This document shows positions 37,370-46,569 of a stretch of DNA of 64,000 nucleotides, piece after piece; positions within the stretch are counted from its first letter, which is position 1, and every line of letters begins with the position of its first letter. A program made the position numbers and the translations under genes. The notes beneath the pieces are model-generated. The model was not told the origin of the DNA. It ran no database searches and was given only the letters and a program-made list of their open reading frames with translations. This DNA comes from Planctomycetota bacterium (GTDB lineage Bacteria; Planctomycetota; PLA2; JAEUHO01): contig JBFWRP010000012.1 of NCBI GenBank assembly GCA_050248855.1, positions 61,156 to 125,155 of the forward strand, in the 5' to 3' direction.

Positions 37370-37882
37370 CTAGTCGAACAGGTCCGACGGGACCAGGACC
37401 AGTCCCGGCAGGGCGCGCGAGGCGATGGGGGTGGTGCCGGAGGCGAGCTCGGTGCCGGTGGCGTCGAGGCGCTCGATGGAGCCGCGCGTGGGGTCGACGA
37501 GCCAGACCTCGGCGACGCCGGCGTCGAGCAGGCGGGGCGCCTTCTGGTCGCGATCGAGCGAGGCCGTGGACGGAGAGAGGACCTCCATGGCCGCGAGCGG
37601 TACGCCGACGCGCTTCTGGCCACGAACGAGCGGACGGGGCAGCACGATCAGGTCGGGCTGCAAGACGTCACTGACCCCGAGGACGACGTCGATGGGCGCA
37701 ACCAGCGCGCGCGTGGGCCCCGCGAGGGGAAGCACCAGGCCGAACAACCGGCCCAGGATGACTTGGTGACCCGCCGTCGGTGACGGGCTCTTGACGAGCA
37801 TGCCGCCCACGAGCTGGGCGGGGAAGCCCTCGGGCAAGGCGAAGTAGTCCTGCTGGCTGAAGTGCATCTCGAGCTCTCGCAC
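37370..37882 (-). CDS. Uma2-family endonuclease-like protein
   Basis: PSPTAGHQ, LQPDL, EVLSPST and GVAEVWLVDP motifs. Confidence 0.9.
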   Translation of the reverse strand: MRELEMHFSQQDYFALPEGFPAQLVGGMLVKSPSPTAGHQVILGRLFGLVLPLAGPTRALVAPIDVVLGVSDVLQPDLIVLPRPLVRGQKRVGVPLAAMEVLSPSTASLDRDQKAPRLLDAGVAEVWLVDPTRGSIERLDATGTELASGTTPIASRALPGLVLVPSDLFD

Positions 37883-37957
37883 AGGAGGGTAACGCCACGG
37901 GCTACCCCGCGGTCACGGGCCGTGCACTGGCCCGCGGCGGCGGGATAGGCTCGGGGC

Positions 37958-38551
37958 ATGGACGGGATCCGGGTGGCCTCGCTCGATGTCGGGCGGCTGG
38001 AGGACTGGCGGCGGCTGTTTGCCGTCGGGGAAGCGCTCGGCGCCTGGTGGTACCACTGCCACTGCGCGATCTGGCACCACACCGGCGGCATGGACGAGTG
38101 GGACACGCGGACGGCCGCGGACAACCGCGACGCGATGGTCGAGCGCATCCGAGCGGGCCGCTACCACGGTCTGCTGGCGTACGCCGGCGAGGAGGTCGTG
38201 GGCTGGTGCCGCGCGGGCCCGCGCAGCGAGCTCGGCTTCACGATGTCGAAGGAATCGGCACCCGAGGACGCAGGGCGGCTCGGGATCGTGTCCTGCTTCG
38301 TCGTGCACCCCGCGTGGCGCGGCAGGGGCGTGGCGCGGGCGTTGGTCGCGGGGCTCGACGACCACTTGCAGGGCCTGGGCTGCACGCGCGCGGAGGCCCA
38401 CCCGCTGGTTCCCGGCGCGGAGCAGCACGACGGGATGCAGGGCTTCCTCGCGTGGTTCCTGGAAGCGGGCTGGCAGGACGCAGGGCCCGTGGGCGAGCAC
38501 GCGCGCTTGGTTCGCAAGTCCCTGGCCCCGGACGCCGCGCGCGAATCGTGA
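37958..38551 (+). CDS. GNAT-family acetyltransferase
   Basis: GLLAY....VGWC; CFVVHPAWRGRGVARAL. Confidence 0.88.
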   Translation: MDGIRVASLDVGRLEDWRRLFAVGEALGAWWYHCHCAIWHHTGGMDEWDTRTAADNRDAMVERIRAGRYHGLLAYAGEEVVGWCRAGPRSELGFTMSKESAPEDAGRLGIVSCFVVHPAWRGRGVARALVAGLDDHLQGLGCTRAEAHPLVPGAEQHDGMQGFLAWFLEAGWQDAGPVGEHARLVRKSLAPDAARES

Positions 38552-38622
38552 AGGTGCGTGACCGGCGGGCTGCGGAGGCCGTGGCCTCAGGTATCAAGGG
38601 AGCCCCGCCGGGAGGATCCAGC

Positions 38623-39375
38623 ATGGCCGCAGCCAAGAAGACGGCGAAGAAGACCGCCAAGCAGACCGGGAAGGCGACCGCCGGACGAGGCGCCGGGAGT
38701 CCGTTTGGTCCGGGGCTCGTGAGCTTCCTGACCGAGTTGCGCGCCAACAACACGCGCTCCTGGTTCCAGGACAACGCCGAGCGGTTCGAGAGCGACGTCC
38801 GCGAGCCGGCGTTCGCCTTCATCCGCGAGTTCCGCGGCCCCCTGGCCAAGGTCTCCAAGCAGTTCCTGGCCGAAGACAAGAAGGTTGGCGGCTCGCTGAT
38901 GCGCATCCACCGCGACGTGCGCTTCTCCAAGGACAAGTCGCCCTACAAGACCAACCTCGGCATCCAGTTCCGGCACGCCAGTGGCAGTGACGTCCACGCG
39001 CCGGGCATCTACCTGCACGTGGATCCCGACGTCGCGTTCCTGGGCGTCGGCATGTGGCACCCGCCGAGCGAGGCGTTGGAGGCCGTGCGGCAGGCCATCG
39101 TGGCCTCGCCGCGCGCGTGGACCCAGGCCGTCGGCCACGCGCCCTTTGCCAAGACGTGGATCCTCGAAGGCGAGAGCCTCAAGCGTCCGCCCAAGGGCTA
39201 CGACCCCGAGCATCCGCTGGTCGAGGACCTGAAGCGCAAGGACCACATCGCCGTGGTTCGCTTCGCGCCGTCGCACGTCACGAGGAAGGACTTCGTGCCC
39301 TGGATGGCGGAACGCGTGCTGGAGACGAAGCCGTTCCTGAAGTTCCTGACGCAGGCCACGGGGGAGGCGTTCTAG
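38623..39375 (+). CDS. DUF2461 (TIGR02453) family protein
   Basis: FL.EL.ANN.R.WF; RIHRDVRFSKDKSPYK. Confidence 0.93.
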   Translation: MAAAKKTAKKTAKQTGKATAGRGAGSPFGPGLVSFLTELRANNTRSWFQDNAERFESDVREPAFAFIREFRGPLAKVSKQFLAEDKKVGGSLMRIHRDVRFSKDKSPYKTNLGIQFRHASGSDVHAPGIYLHVDPDVAFLGVGMWHPPSEALEAVRQAIVASPRAWTQAVGHAPFAKTWILEGESLKRPPKGYDPEHPLVEDLKRKDHIAVVRFAPSHVTRKDFVPWMAERVLETKPFLKFLTQATGEAF

Positions 39376-39425
39376 CGGCTACCGCCAGGGGGTCACGCCC
39401 CGCCAAGCAGCGGTACCCTGCTCGG

Positions 39426-40367
39426 ATGACCATCCTCCCTGACGAGATCGAAGCTTCCGCAGCCGACAGACCCACGCGCCGCGACGTGCTCGCGGCCGGC
39501 GTTGCCGCGGGTGTCGTCGTGACGAGTGCGGCCGCGCTGGGCGCGGCCGGTGCATTGGCACAGGCGGACGCCGAGGACGCGGCGCCGGCGGTGCGGCGCA
39601 TGCCGAGCGGCTACATCGGGCATGGATCGCCAATGATGGCCGTGCGCGCCGACGAAGCGGCCCCGTGGCGGGCGTGGGGGGCGGCGCTTCCCAAGCCGGT
39701 CGCCTTCCTCGTGGTGAGCGCACACTTCGAGCGCGCGCCCATCACGGTCGGCGCCACACGCACGGTGCCGCTGGTCTACGACTTCGGCGGATTCCCCAAG
39801 CAGCTCTACCAGCTGCAGTACGCCGCGCCGGGCGCCCCGCGCTTGGCCGCACGCGTGGAGCGCTTGCTGGCGCACCTCGGCGAGGTCCGCCGGAACGAGC
39901 GGCGTGGGCATGACCACGGCACGTGGGTACCGATGCGCTGGCTCAGGCCGCAGGCGGACGTGCCTGTCTTGTCGCTCTCGCTGCCCACGCACGATCCGCG
40001 ACGGCTGTTCCAGATCGGCCGCGCGCTGCGCCCGTTGCGCGACGAGGGCGTGTTCGTGCTCGGCAGCGGCAGCCTCACGCACAACCTCAGGCGCATGGCG
40101 GCCGAGGAAGATGCGGCGCCGTTCGGCTGGGCGGCGGCGTTCGATGCGTGGGCCGATGACGTGATCGCGCGAGGTGACGTGGACGCGCTGCTGGACTGGC
40201 AGCGCAAGGCTCCGGACGCGCGGATGAACCATCCGACCGTCGAGCACTTCGTGCCGCTGATCCTGGCCATGGGCACGCGGCACGACGGCGATCGCGTGCG
40301 CGTCACCGACAAGGGCTTCGAGCACGGCGGCTTGTCCCGGAGGTCGTTCGCGTTCGAGGCGGTGTAG
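39426..40367 (+). CDS. Class III extradiol dioxygenase (LigB/DODA-like) with Tat-like leader
   Basis: HGSPM, VSAH, YDFGGFP, DHGTW, GSG..THNL and HPT.EHF motifs; TRRDVL leader. Confidence 0.9.
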   Translation: MTILPDEIEASAADRPTRRDVLAAGVAAGVVVTSAAALGAAGALAQADAEDAAPAVRRMPSGYIGHGSPMMAVRADEAAPWRAWGAALPKPVAFLVVSAHFERAPITVGATRTVPLVYDFGGFPKQLYQLQYAAPGAPRLAARVERLLAHLGEVRRNERRGHDHGTWVPMRWLRPQADVPVLSLSLPTHDPRRLFQIGRALRPLRDEGVFVLGSGSLTHNLRRMAAEEDAAPFGWAAAFDAWADDVIARGDVDALLDWQRKAPDARMNHPTVEHFVPLILAMGTRHDGDRVRVTDKGFEHGGLSRRSFAFEAV

Positions 40368-40372
40368 CGCGG

Positions 40373-40518
40373 TACGGAGTCAGGTGCGATGACCCCAGTA
40401 CGCGGTACGGAGGCGGGGAATTCTTCCGCAGCTTGCCGAGGGGCCCTTCCGCGTGCCGAAGAGCAGGGCGGCAAGCTGCGGAAGAAATCCCCGCCACCGT
40501 TGCTCACCCGACTCCGTA
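40373..40518. repeat. Nested palindromic MITE/REP-like element
   Basis: Outer ends TACGGAGTC...GACTCCGTA enclose an inner 96-bp hairpin at 40406-40501. Confidence 0.8.
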
Positions 40519-41217
40519 GGGGGAGCCGCGGCCCAAGAGGCGGAGCGCAGCCGCCGTGACGGCGGCAGTCTCGCTGCGCAGCGTGCGCGGGCCGAGGGCG
40601 TGCGTGCTGAATGCGTGCAGGCGGATGCGCGCGAGCTCGTCGTTGGTCGGACCGCCTTCAGGGCCCACCAGCAGGGCACGGGCGTCGCCCGCGGTGTCGC
40701 CGTGCTCGCGTGCGGGCAGCGGCTCGGGGGCGCGGCTCTCGAGCCAGCGAGGCGCGTCGGCCAAGGCGTCGTCCAGCCCGATGGGCGGAGACACCCACGG
40801 GCCGAAGCGCTCGGCAAGCTCGGCCATCATGCGGGCGTCGTGGCGACGGGGTAGCGACCGCGCGAAGCGGACGGGCGTGACGCGCCCCACGCCCATCGAA
40901 CGGAGCGCCGTCAGCAGGGCCAGGGCACGCGGCCTGGCGGGAAGCGCCAGTCGCACCTCGAGCGTGGATGCGGGCGGATCGCCCGCGGCGGGCGCTTCGT
41001 CCCGCGCGAGGACCACGGCCAGGGGGTCGACGAACAGGTGACGCCAGGTCGAGCCACCCGGCTGGATCACGAGCCCCGTGCCCTCGCGGCGCTTGGCCAG
41101 GTTGGTCCAGACTTGCGATGCCGGAGGCTCCAGCCAGAGCACGGACTGCTGGGCCAGCCACGTGGGGTCGACATCGAGAGCCAGGACGGGCGGCGAGCGG
41201 CGCACCTCGGTGAGCAT
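40504..41217 (-). CDS. rsmE: RsmE-family 16S rRNA m3U methyltransferase (divergent)
   Basis: LLVGPEGG and LGPRTLRSETAA motifs. Confidence 0.8.
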   Translation of the reverse strand: MLTEVRRSPPVLALDVDPTWLAQQSVLWLEPPASQVWTNLAKRREGTGLVIQPGGSTWRHLFVDPLAVVLARDEAPAAGDPPASTLEVRLALPARPRALALLTALRSMGVGRVTPVRFARSLPRRHDARMMAELAERFGPWVSPPIGLDDALADAPRWLESRAPEPLPAREHGDTAGDARALLVGPEGGPTNDELARIRLHAFSTHALGPRTLRSETAAVTAAALRLLGRGSPYGVG

Positions 41218-41260
41218 GCCAGGGAGGAGCCACGATGCCTCTCGCGTACGCTCACGCGCC

Positions 41261-42238
41261 ATGAAGCCGCTGCCGCTTGCCCTGGTGCCCACGCCGCTCG
41301 AGCCATATCCGCGTCTGGGTGACCCCGTCGGCATCGACCTCCACGTGAAGCGCGACGACCTCACGGGCGCGGCGCTGTCGGGCAACAAGGTGCGCAAGCT
41401 CGGCTACCTGTTGGCGGAGGCCGAGGCGCAAGGCGCCGACATGGTGTTGACGTGCGGTGCCGTGACGAGCAACCACGCGCGGGCGACGGCGGTGGCGGCG
41501 GCAAGTCGTGGTTTGGCCTGTCGGCTGTTGCTGCGCGGGCGCGAGCCGGCGCGCGTCAACGGGAACCTGCTGATCGACCGGCTGGTGGGTGCGGACGTGA
41601 CCTTCATCGGTCGATCCGCGTGGCGTCGGCGCAACGAGCTGTTGGCGGAGATGGCCGAAGACGTGCGGGCGGCGGGGGGGCGTCCGTATGTGATTCCCGA
41701 AGGCGGAAGCAACGCTGTGGGTTCACTCGGGTATGTCGACGCCGCCCGTGAGCTGCTGGACCAAGCCGAAGCGATGGGGCTGGACGTGCGACACGTCGTG
41801 CACGCGACCGGCTCGGGTGGCACCACCGCAGGCTTGGCATGGGGCTTTGCGCGGCTGGGGCGCAGCGACATCGACGTGGCGGGTATTGCCGTCTGCGATG
41901 ACGCGGACTACTTCGATCGGGTTGTCCGACGCATCCTGGACGAGGCGGCGCAGCGGGGCTTGGCGACTGCGGCCGAGGTGGCGAACGCCCGCTGGCGCAT
42001 CGTGGATACGTGGAAGGGCATCGGCTACGCGAAGACGACACCGGAGGAGATCGCCGCGCATCGCGAGGTCGCGTCGCTGACGGGCTTGATCGTGGACCCG
42101 GTCTACACGGGGAAGGCGCTTCGCGGCCTGCTCGGCGAAGCGCGCGAAGGGCGCTTGGGTCGGGAGGGGGCCACGGTGTTCCTGCATACGGGCGGCTTGT
42201 TCGGGTGGTTCCAGATGCCGGAGGTGGTGGCGGGGTAG
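41261..42238 (+). CDS. D-cysteine desulfhydrase / ACC deaminase family PLP enzyme
   Basis: KRDDL, GNKVRKL, SNHARA, IPEGGS, GSGGT, DPVYTGK and LHTGG motifs. Confidence 0.93.
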   Translation: MKPLPLALVPTPLEPYPRLGDPVGIDLHVKRDDLTGAALSGNKVRKLGYLLAEAEAQGADMVLTCGAVTSNHARATAVAAASRGLACRLLLRGREPARVNGNLLIDRLVGADVTFIGRSAWRRRNELLAEMAEDVRAAGGRPYVIPEGGSNAVGSLGYVDAARELLDQAEAMGLDVRHVVHATGSGGTTAGLAWGFARLGRSDIDVAGIAVCDDADYFDRVVRRILDEAAQRGLATAAEVANARWRIVDTWKGIGYAKTTPEEIAAHREVASLTGLIVDPVYTGKALRGLLGEAREGRLGREGATVFLHTGGLFGWFQMPEVVAG

Positions 42239-42372
42239 CGCGCGGACGTGCCCGGCTCGCAGCTGCAGCGCGTAGCGGTGCGGGCCACGTGCCGGGCTCC
42301 TTCGTGCGGTGTACGTCGACCGTCGAACCGCGACCCCTGCGTGTCAGTTCTTCATGCCGACGGCAAAGCCCG

Positions 42373-42468
42373 TACGGAGGCGGGGAATTCTTCCGCAACT
42401 TGCCGATGGGCACTCCCGCATGCCGAAGCGCAGGGCGGCAAGTTGCGGAAGAAGTCCCCGCCACCACG
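42373..42468. repeat. ~96-bp palindromic element
   Basis: TACGGAGGCGGGGAATTCTTCCGCAACTTGCCG...CGGCAAGTTGCGGAAGAAGTCCCCGCC; near-copy of 40406-40501. Confidence 0.85.
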
Positions 42469-42491
42469 GAACGGGAGCCGACCCCGCGCGC

Positions 42492-43634
42492 TCAGCTCGG
42501 TGTGCCGTTGAAGCGGGTGACGAGGAGGGTGATGTCGTCGTCGAACTGGGTGCGGCCTTGGAAGTCGGCAAGGTCCTGGAGCAGCTCGCCGAGGATCAGG
42601 GAGGGCTCGAGGGGGCCCAAGGCCTGCAGGCGTTCGCCGAGACCCTGCTCGCCCAGAACCTCGCCGTGCCCGCCGCGCAAGATCTCGAACACGCCGTCGG
42701 TGAAGCAGAGCACGGTGTCACCGGGCTCGAGCTGGACCTTGCGCGTGGGCTGCTCGCTGTCGAACACGTCGTCGTCCATGCCGAGCAGCCGGTTGCGCGT
42801 ACGCAAGGGCTCCAAGCGACCGTCGGCGCGGAGCAGCAGCTGGGCCGGGTGGCCTGCCGTGGCGAACTCGAGGACGCCCGTCTTGAGATCGAGGCGGAAC
42901 AGCGCGCACGTCACGAAGAAGTACGTGTGGCGGCAGATGGCCAGGGCGCCCTGGTGGATCTGGCGCAGCATGGACTCCAGCGGGGCGTTGGTGAGCGACA
43001 GGCGGCGCACCAAGCCGTGCAGCCGGGCGGCGACGAGGGCTGCCGAGATGCCGTGGCCCGACACGTCGGCGACGCCGAAGTACATCCAGCGGTCCTCGAC
43101 CACGCTGGCGTACAGGTAGTCGCCGCCGATGAAGCGCGACGGTACCGAACGCATGGCCGTCGTGACGCGCTTGTCACGGATGGCATCGGGCAGCATGCTG
43201 CGCGCGACGGCTTCGGCCAGCTTCAGCTCGTTCAGGTGTTCGCGGTTCTGCTCTTCGAGGTGGTCGCGTTCGAGCACGGCCTCCCCGAGCGCCTCCTCGG
43301 TGACGGCGAGGTGCTCCTCGATGTGCGAAGCCCGCGACGCGACCTCGTCGGCTTCCTCCTGCGCACGTTGCCCGACGCGACCCGCCGCGCCCAGCAGCAC
43401 GGCCCAGGAGAAGGGCGTGAGCGCGGCCAGCACCTTCATCCAGCTGGGCACGTCCGTCGCGAGCGCCAGCACGGGCGTCGGCAGCGCCGTGAGGAAGCCC
43501 AGCCACAGGCTCGGGTTCTTGCCCAGGTCGTAGGTGCGCTCGTCGCCGAGTGCGTGGAGCATGGCGCGGAAGAACGCGCGCGGCCCCTGGCGCGGAGACG
43601 GCTGCTGCGCAGCGGGCGGCGGGGTGTCGGTCAC
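42492..43634 (-). CDS. Membrane PP2C/SpoIIE-type Ser/Thr phosphatase
   Basis: GGDY, ADVSGHG, AGHP, FTDGV and DDIT motifs. Confidence 0.92.
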   Translation of the reverse strand: MTDTPPPAAQQPSPRQGPRAFFRAMLHALGDERTYDLGKNPSLWLGFLTALPTPVLALATDVPSWMKVLAALTPFSWAVLLGAAGRVGQRAQEEADEVASRASHIEEHLAVTEEALGEAVLERDHLEEQNREHLNELKLAEAVARSMLPDAIRDKRVTTAMRSVPSRFIGGDYLYASVVEDRWMYFGVADVSGHGISAALVAARLHGLVRRLSLTNAPLESMLRQIHQGALAICRHTYFFVTCALFRLDLKTGVLEFATAGHPAQLLLRADGRLEPLRTRNRLLGMDDDVFDSEQPTRKVQLEPGDTVLCFTDGVFEILRGGHGEVLGEQGLGERLQALGPLEPSLILGELLQDLADFQGRTQFDDDITLLVTRFNGTPS

Positions 43635-44164
43635 GCCGCGAGCTCCAGCAGGCTGTCGACCGGGACATCCCCCAGGCGCGCGCGACCGCCGAGGCCGCCC
43701 AGCTCGATCAAGACGGCCGCCCCGATCACGTTGGCGCCAGCGCGCCGTGCGAGGGCAGCGGCCGCGGCCAACGTGCCGCCGGTGGCCAGCACGTCGTCCA
43801 CGAGCAGCACGCGCTGGCCCGGCGTGACCGCATCGGCATGCATCTCCAGCCGCCCGGTTCCGTACTCGAGGGCGTAGTCCTCGCCCAGGGTCGTGGCCGG
43901 GAGCTTGCCCGGCTTGCGCACCGGCACGACGCCGGCGCCCAGCGCGACGGCCAGCGGTGCTCCGAACAGGAAGCCGCGGCTCTCGATCGCGACGACACGC
44001 TCGACGCCCGCGGAGCCGAAGCGCGCCGTCCAGTGCTCCACGACCTGCGCCAGGGCACCGGGATGGGCCAAGAGCGGCGTGATGTCGCGGAACGCGATCC
44101 CGGGCTGCGGGAAGTCCGGGACGGTGCGCACGAGCGCGCCGAGGTCGAGCGGGGTGGGGGCCAT
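43631..44164 (-). CDS. apt: Adenine phosphoribosyltransferase
   Basis: PDFPQPGI.FRDI, ESRGF, VRKPGKLP, LEYG and VDDVLATGGT motifs. Confidence 0.96.
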   Translation of the reverse strand: MAPTPLDLGALVRTVPDFPQPGIAFRDITPLLAHPGALAQVVEHWTARFGSAGVERVVAIESRGFLFGAPLAVALGAGVVPVRKPGKLPATTLGEDYALEYGTGRLEMHADAVTPGQRVLLVDDVLATGGTLAAAAALARRAGANVIGAAVLIELGGLGGRARLGDVPVDSLLELAA

Positions 44165-44263
44165 CGAGCCAAGATCCATGCGCGTCCCCGGCGCCATCCG
44201 CCCGGAGCCCCTGTCTATACTCCCGCCTCCGCGCCCGGCCGCGAACAGGACAAGGAGACCCAG

Positions 44264-44695
44264 ATGCCGCCCCGCCGCTCCGCCCGCCTCGCCCTCGCTT
44301 CGCCTCGCGCCGCCGGCCGCCGTGCCCGTCGGGTGGCGGGCGCCGTGGGTGCGTTGGCCTTGAGCCTGGGCCTCGGCTGGACGCTGGCGTTCGCAGCGCC
44401 CAAGGAGGGCGACGACGTCGTCGAGCGGATGCTCACCCGCGGCCGCGAGCTGTGGAGCACGCCCTTCGGCGCGGGCGCCAAGGCCTGCAGCGCCTGCCAC
44501 ACGAGCGGCGCGAACAAGCTGACGGCCGCCCGCTTGGAGGCGTACCCCAAGTACGACCGTCCGATGCGCGCCTTCGTGACGGGGCAGCAGAAGATCAACC
44601 AGATGATCCGCACGAAGGGTGGCGGGGCGGAGCTGCCGTTGGGTAGCGACGACCTGAACGCCCTCGAGGCGTACATCAAGACCCTCGGTCGCTGA
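44264..44695 (+). CDS. Secreted monoheme cytochrome c (SoxA-domain-like)
   Basis: Signal peptide; G.ELW....G...ACSACH; YPKY; QKINQMI; LEAYI. Confidence 0.75.
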   Translation: MPPRRSARLALASPRAAGRRARRVAGAVGALALSLGLGWTLAFAAPKEGDDVVERMLTRGRELWSTPFGAGAKACSACHTSGANKLTAARLEAYPKYDRPMRAFVTGQQKINQMIRTKGGGAELPLGSDDLNALEAYIKTLGR

Positions 44696-44696
44696 C

Positions 44697-46466
44697 ATGG
44701 GCTTCCGCGCGGACGTGCTGCGGGCGCTCGCGAGCGCCCTCGGGGACGATGTGGACGCCGCCGGTGACCTCGATGCGGCGCTGACCACCCCGCCCAAGAT
44801 CGAGATGGGCGACTTGGCGTTCCCCTGCTTCGCCTTGGCGAAGGCCAAGCGCAAGTCCCCCCCCGCCATCGCCGCCGAGCTGGCGGCCGCGATCGCGCCT
44901 TCCGGGGCCATCGCCAAGGTGCAGGCCCTCGGGCCCTTCGTGAACTTCCACGCCGACCCGGCCAAGCAGATGGACGACCTCTGCCAGCGGCTCGTCGATG
45001 GGCGGTTCGACGCCGAAGCCCGTACGGACGCGCCGGCCCGCGTCATGATCGAGTTCAGCCAGCCCAACACCCACAAGCTGTTCCACGTCGGCCATCTGCG
45101 CAACGTCGTGCTCGGCGATGCGCTCGTGCGCGCCTTCCGTGCCCGGGGCCACGATGTCGTGGCCGCCAACTACTACGGTGACTTCGGCATCGACGTGGCC
45201 AAGTGCCTCTGGTGGATCCGGACGCACCCCGAGGAGAGCGTGCCCGACGAGCACCGCATTGCGTGGCTCGGCTCGTGCTACGTGCGCGCCACGCAGCTCG
45301 TGGCCGAGCTCGAGGAGAGCGATCCCGACAAGGCCACGGCGACCAAGGCCGGCATCCGCGAGGTCCTGCGCGGCATGGAAGAGGGCGAGGCCGGGATCCG
45401 CGCCCTCTACGAAGAGACGCGCCAGTGGTGCCTGGACGGCTTCCAGGCCATCTACGACCAGCTCGACGTGCGCTTCGACCATGATTTCTTCGAGTCGCAG
45501 GTCGAGCACGAGGGGCAGGCCATCGTCGACGAGCAGCTGGCCAAGGGCGTGTTCGTGGAGAGCCAGGGCGCCATCATCTGCGACCTGACGGAGGAAGGCC
45601 TCGGCGCCTGCCTCGTGCGCAAGGGCGACGGGTCCAGCCTCTACATGACGTGGGACCTCGCGTTGGCCCGTCGCAAGTTCGACGACTTCGACATCGAACG
45701 CTCGATGTACGTCGTGGGCTCCGAGCAGCGCCACCACTTCCAGCAGCTGTTTGCCACGCTCGCGCGCATGGGCTACGAGCGGGCCAAGGACTGCCGCCAC
45801 GTGGCGTACGAGCTGGTCATGCTGCCGAGCGGCAAGATGAGCAGCCGCAAGGGCACGGCCATCCCCCTCCACGTGCTGTGGGACACCGTGCGCGACGCCA
45901 TTCGCACGCGCATGGAGGCCGAGGGGCGCGACGAGCGTGCCGCGTGGGACGAGGCGCGGTGGAACGAGACCGTCGAGCGGGTCGTCGTGGCCTGCCTCAA
46001 GTACGGCATGCTGCACGTCACGAACAACCGCCGCGTCGTGTTCGACGTGGAGGCGTGGACCAACCCCGAGGGCGACACGGGGGCCTATCTGCTCTACGCG
46101 CTCGCGCGGATCGCCGGCATCCAGCGCAAGGCGAAAGGCCCGGTCCCGGGCCTGGCCGACGGTGTGAAGGCCGGCGGTTCGAGCGCGGGGGAGGCGTTCG
46201 GCCAAGAGGCCGAGCGGGCGCTGCTGGGCCATCTGCTGACGTGGCCGGACGTGCTGGCGCGCATGGAGAGCACGTGCGAGCCGGCCGTCGTGGCGACGTT
46301 CCTGTTCGACGCCACCAAGCTGTTCAGCCGCTTCTACGCCGCGTGCCCGATCCTGAAGGCGCCCGAGCCGTTGCGCACCGCGCGGCTGCAGCTGGTGAAC
46401 GTGACCGAGGCCGTGCTGCGTCGCGGCTTCGACGTGCTGGGGCTGCCGGTCGTGGATGCGATGTAG
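44697..46466 (+). CDS. argS: Arginine--tRNA ligase
   Basis: GDLAFPCF, EFSQPNTHK..HVGHLRN, KMSSRKG and GDTGAYLLY motifs. Confidence 0.97.
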   Translation: MGFRADVLRALASALGDDVDAAGDLDAALTTPPKIEMGDLAFPCFALAKAKRKSPPAIAAELAAAIAPSGAIAKVQALGPFVNFHADPAKQMDDLCQRLVDGRFDAEARTDAPARVMIEFSQPNTHKLFHVGHLRNVVLGDALVRAFRARGHDVVAANYYGDFGIDVAKCLWWIRTHPEESVPDEHRIAWLGSCYVRATQLVAELEESDPDKATATKAGIREVLRGMEEGEAGIRALYEETRQWCLDGFQAIYDQLDVRFDHDFFESQVEHEGQAIVDEQLAKGVFVESQGAIICDLTEEGLGACLVRKGDGSSLYMTWDLALARRKFDDFDIERSMYVVGSEQRHHFQQLFATLARMGYERAKDCRHVAYELVMLPSGKMSSRKGTAIPLHVLWDTVRDAIRTRMEAEGRDERAAWDEARWNETVERVVVACLKYGMLHVTNNRRVVFDVEAWTNPEGDTGAYLLYALARIAGIQRKAKGPVPGLADGVKAGGSSAGEAFGQEAERALLGHLLTWPDVLARMESTCEPAVVATFLFDATKLFSRFYAACPILKAPEPLRTARLQLVNVTEAVLRRGFDVLGLPVVDAM

Positions 46467-46473
46467 CTCCCGG

Positions 46474-46569
46474 TACGGAGTCGGGTGAGATTCCACCCTC
46501 GGGCCGCGTTGTCCTCCCGCATGCGAGAGCGTGTCCCAGCCCGAGGTTGGAATCTCACCCGACTCCGTA
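46474..46569. repeat. 96-bp palindromic element
   Basis: TACGGAGTCGGGTGAGATTCCA...TGGAATCTCACCCGACTCCGTA between convergent genes. Confidence 0.85.

Noticed and set aside
36829..37882. Convergent Uma2 pair as a defence system or part of the prophage
   Set aside because: They lie on the host (5') side of the tRNA, and Uma2 paralogs are commonly expanded without partners
41217..41263. Divergent rsmE and desulfhydrase genes possibly sharing one CATG
   Set aside because: The rsmE start is uncertain (41217 equally plausible), so the overlap is unsupported
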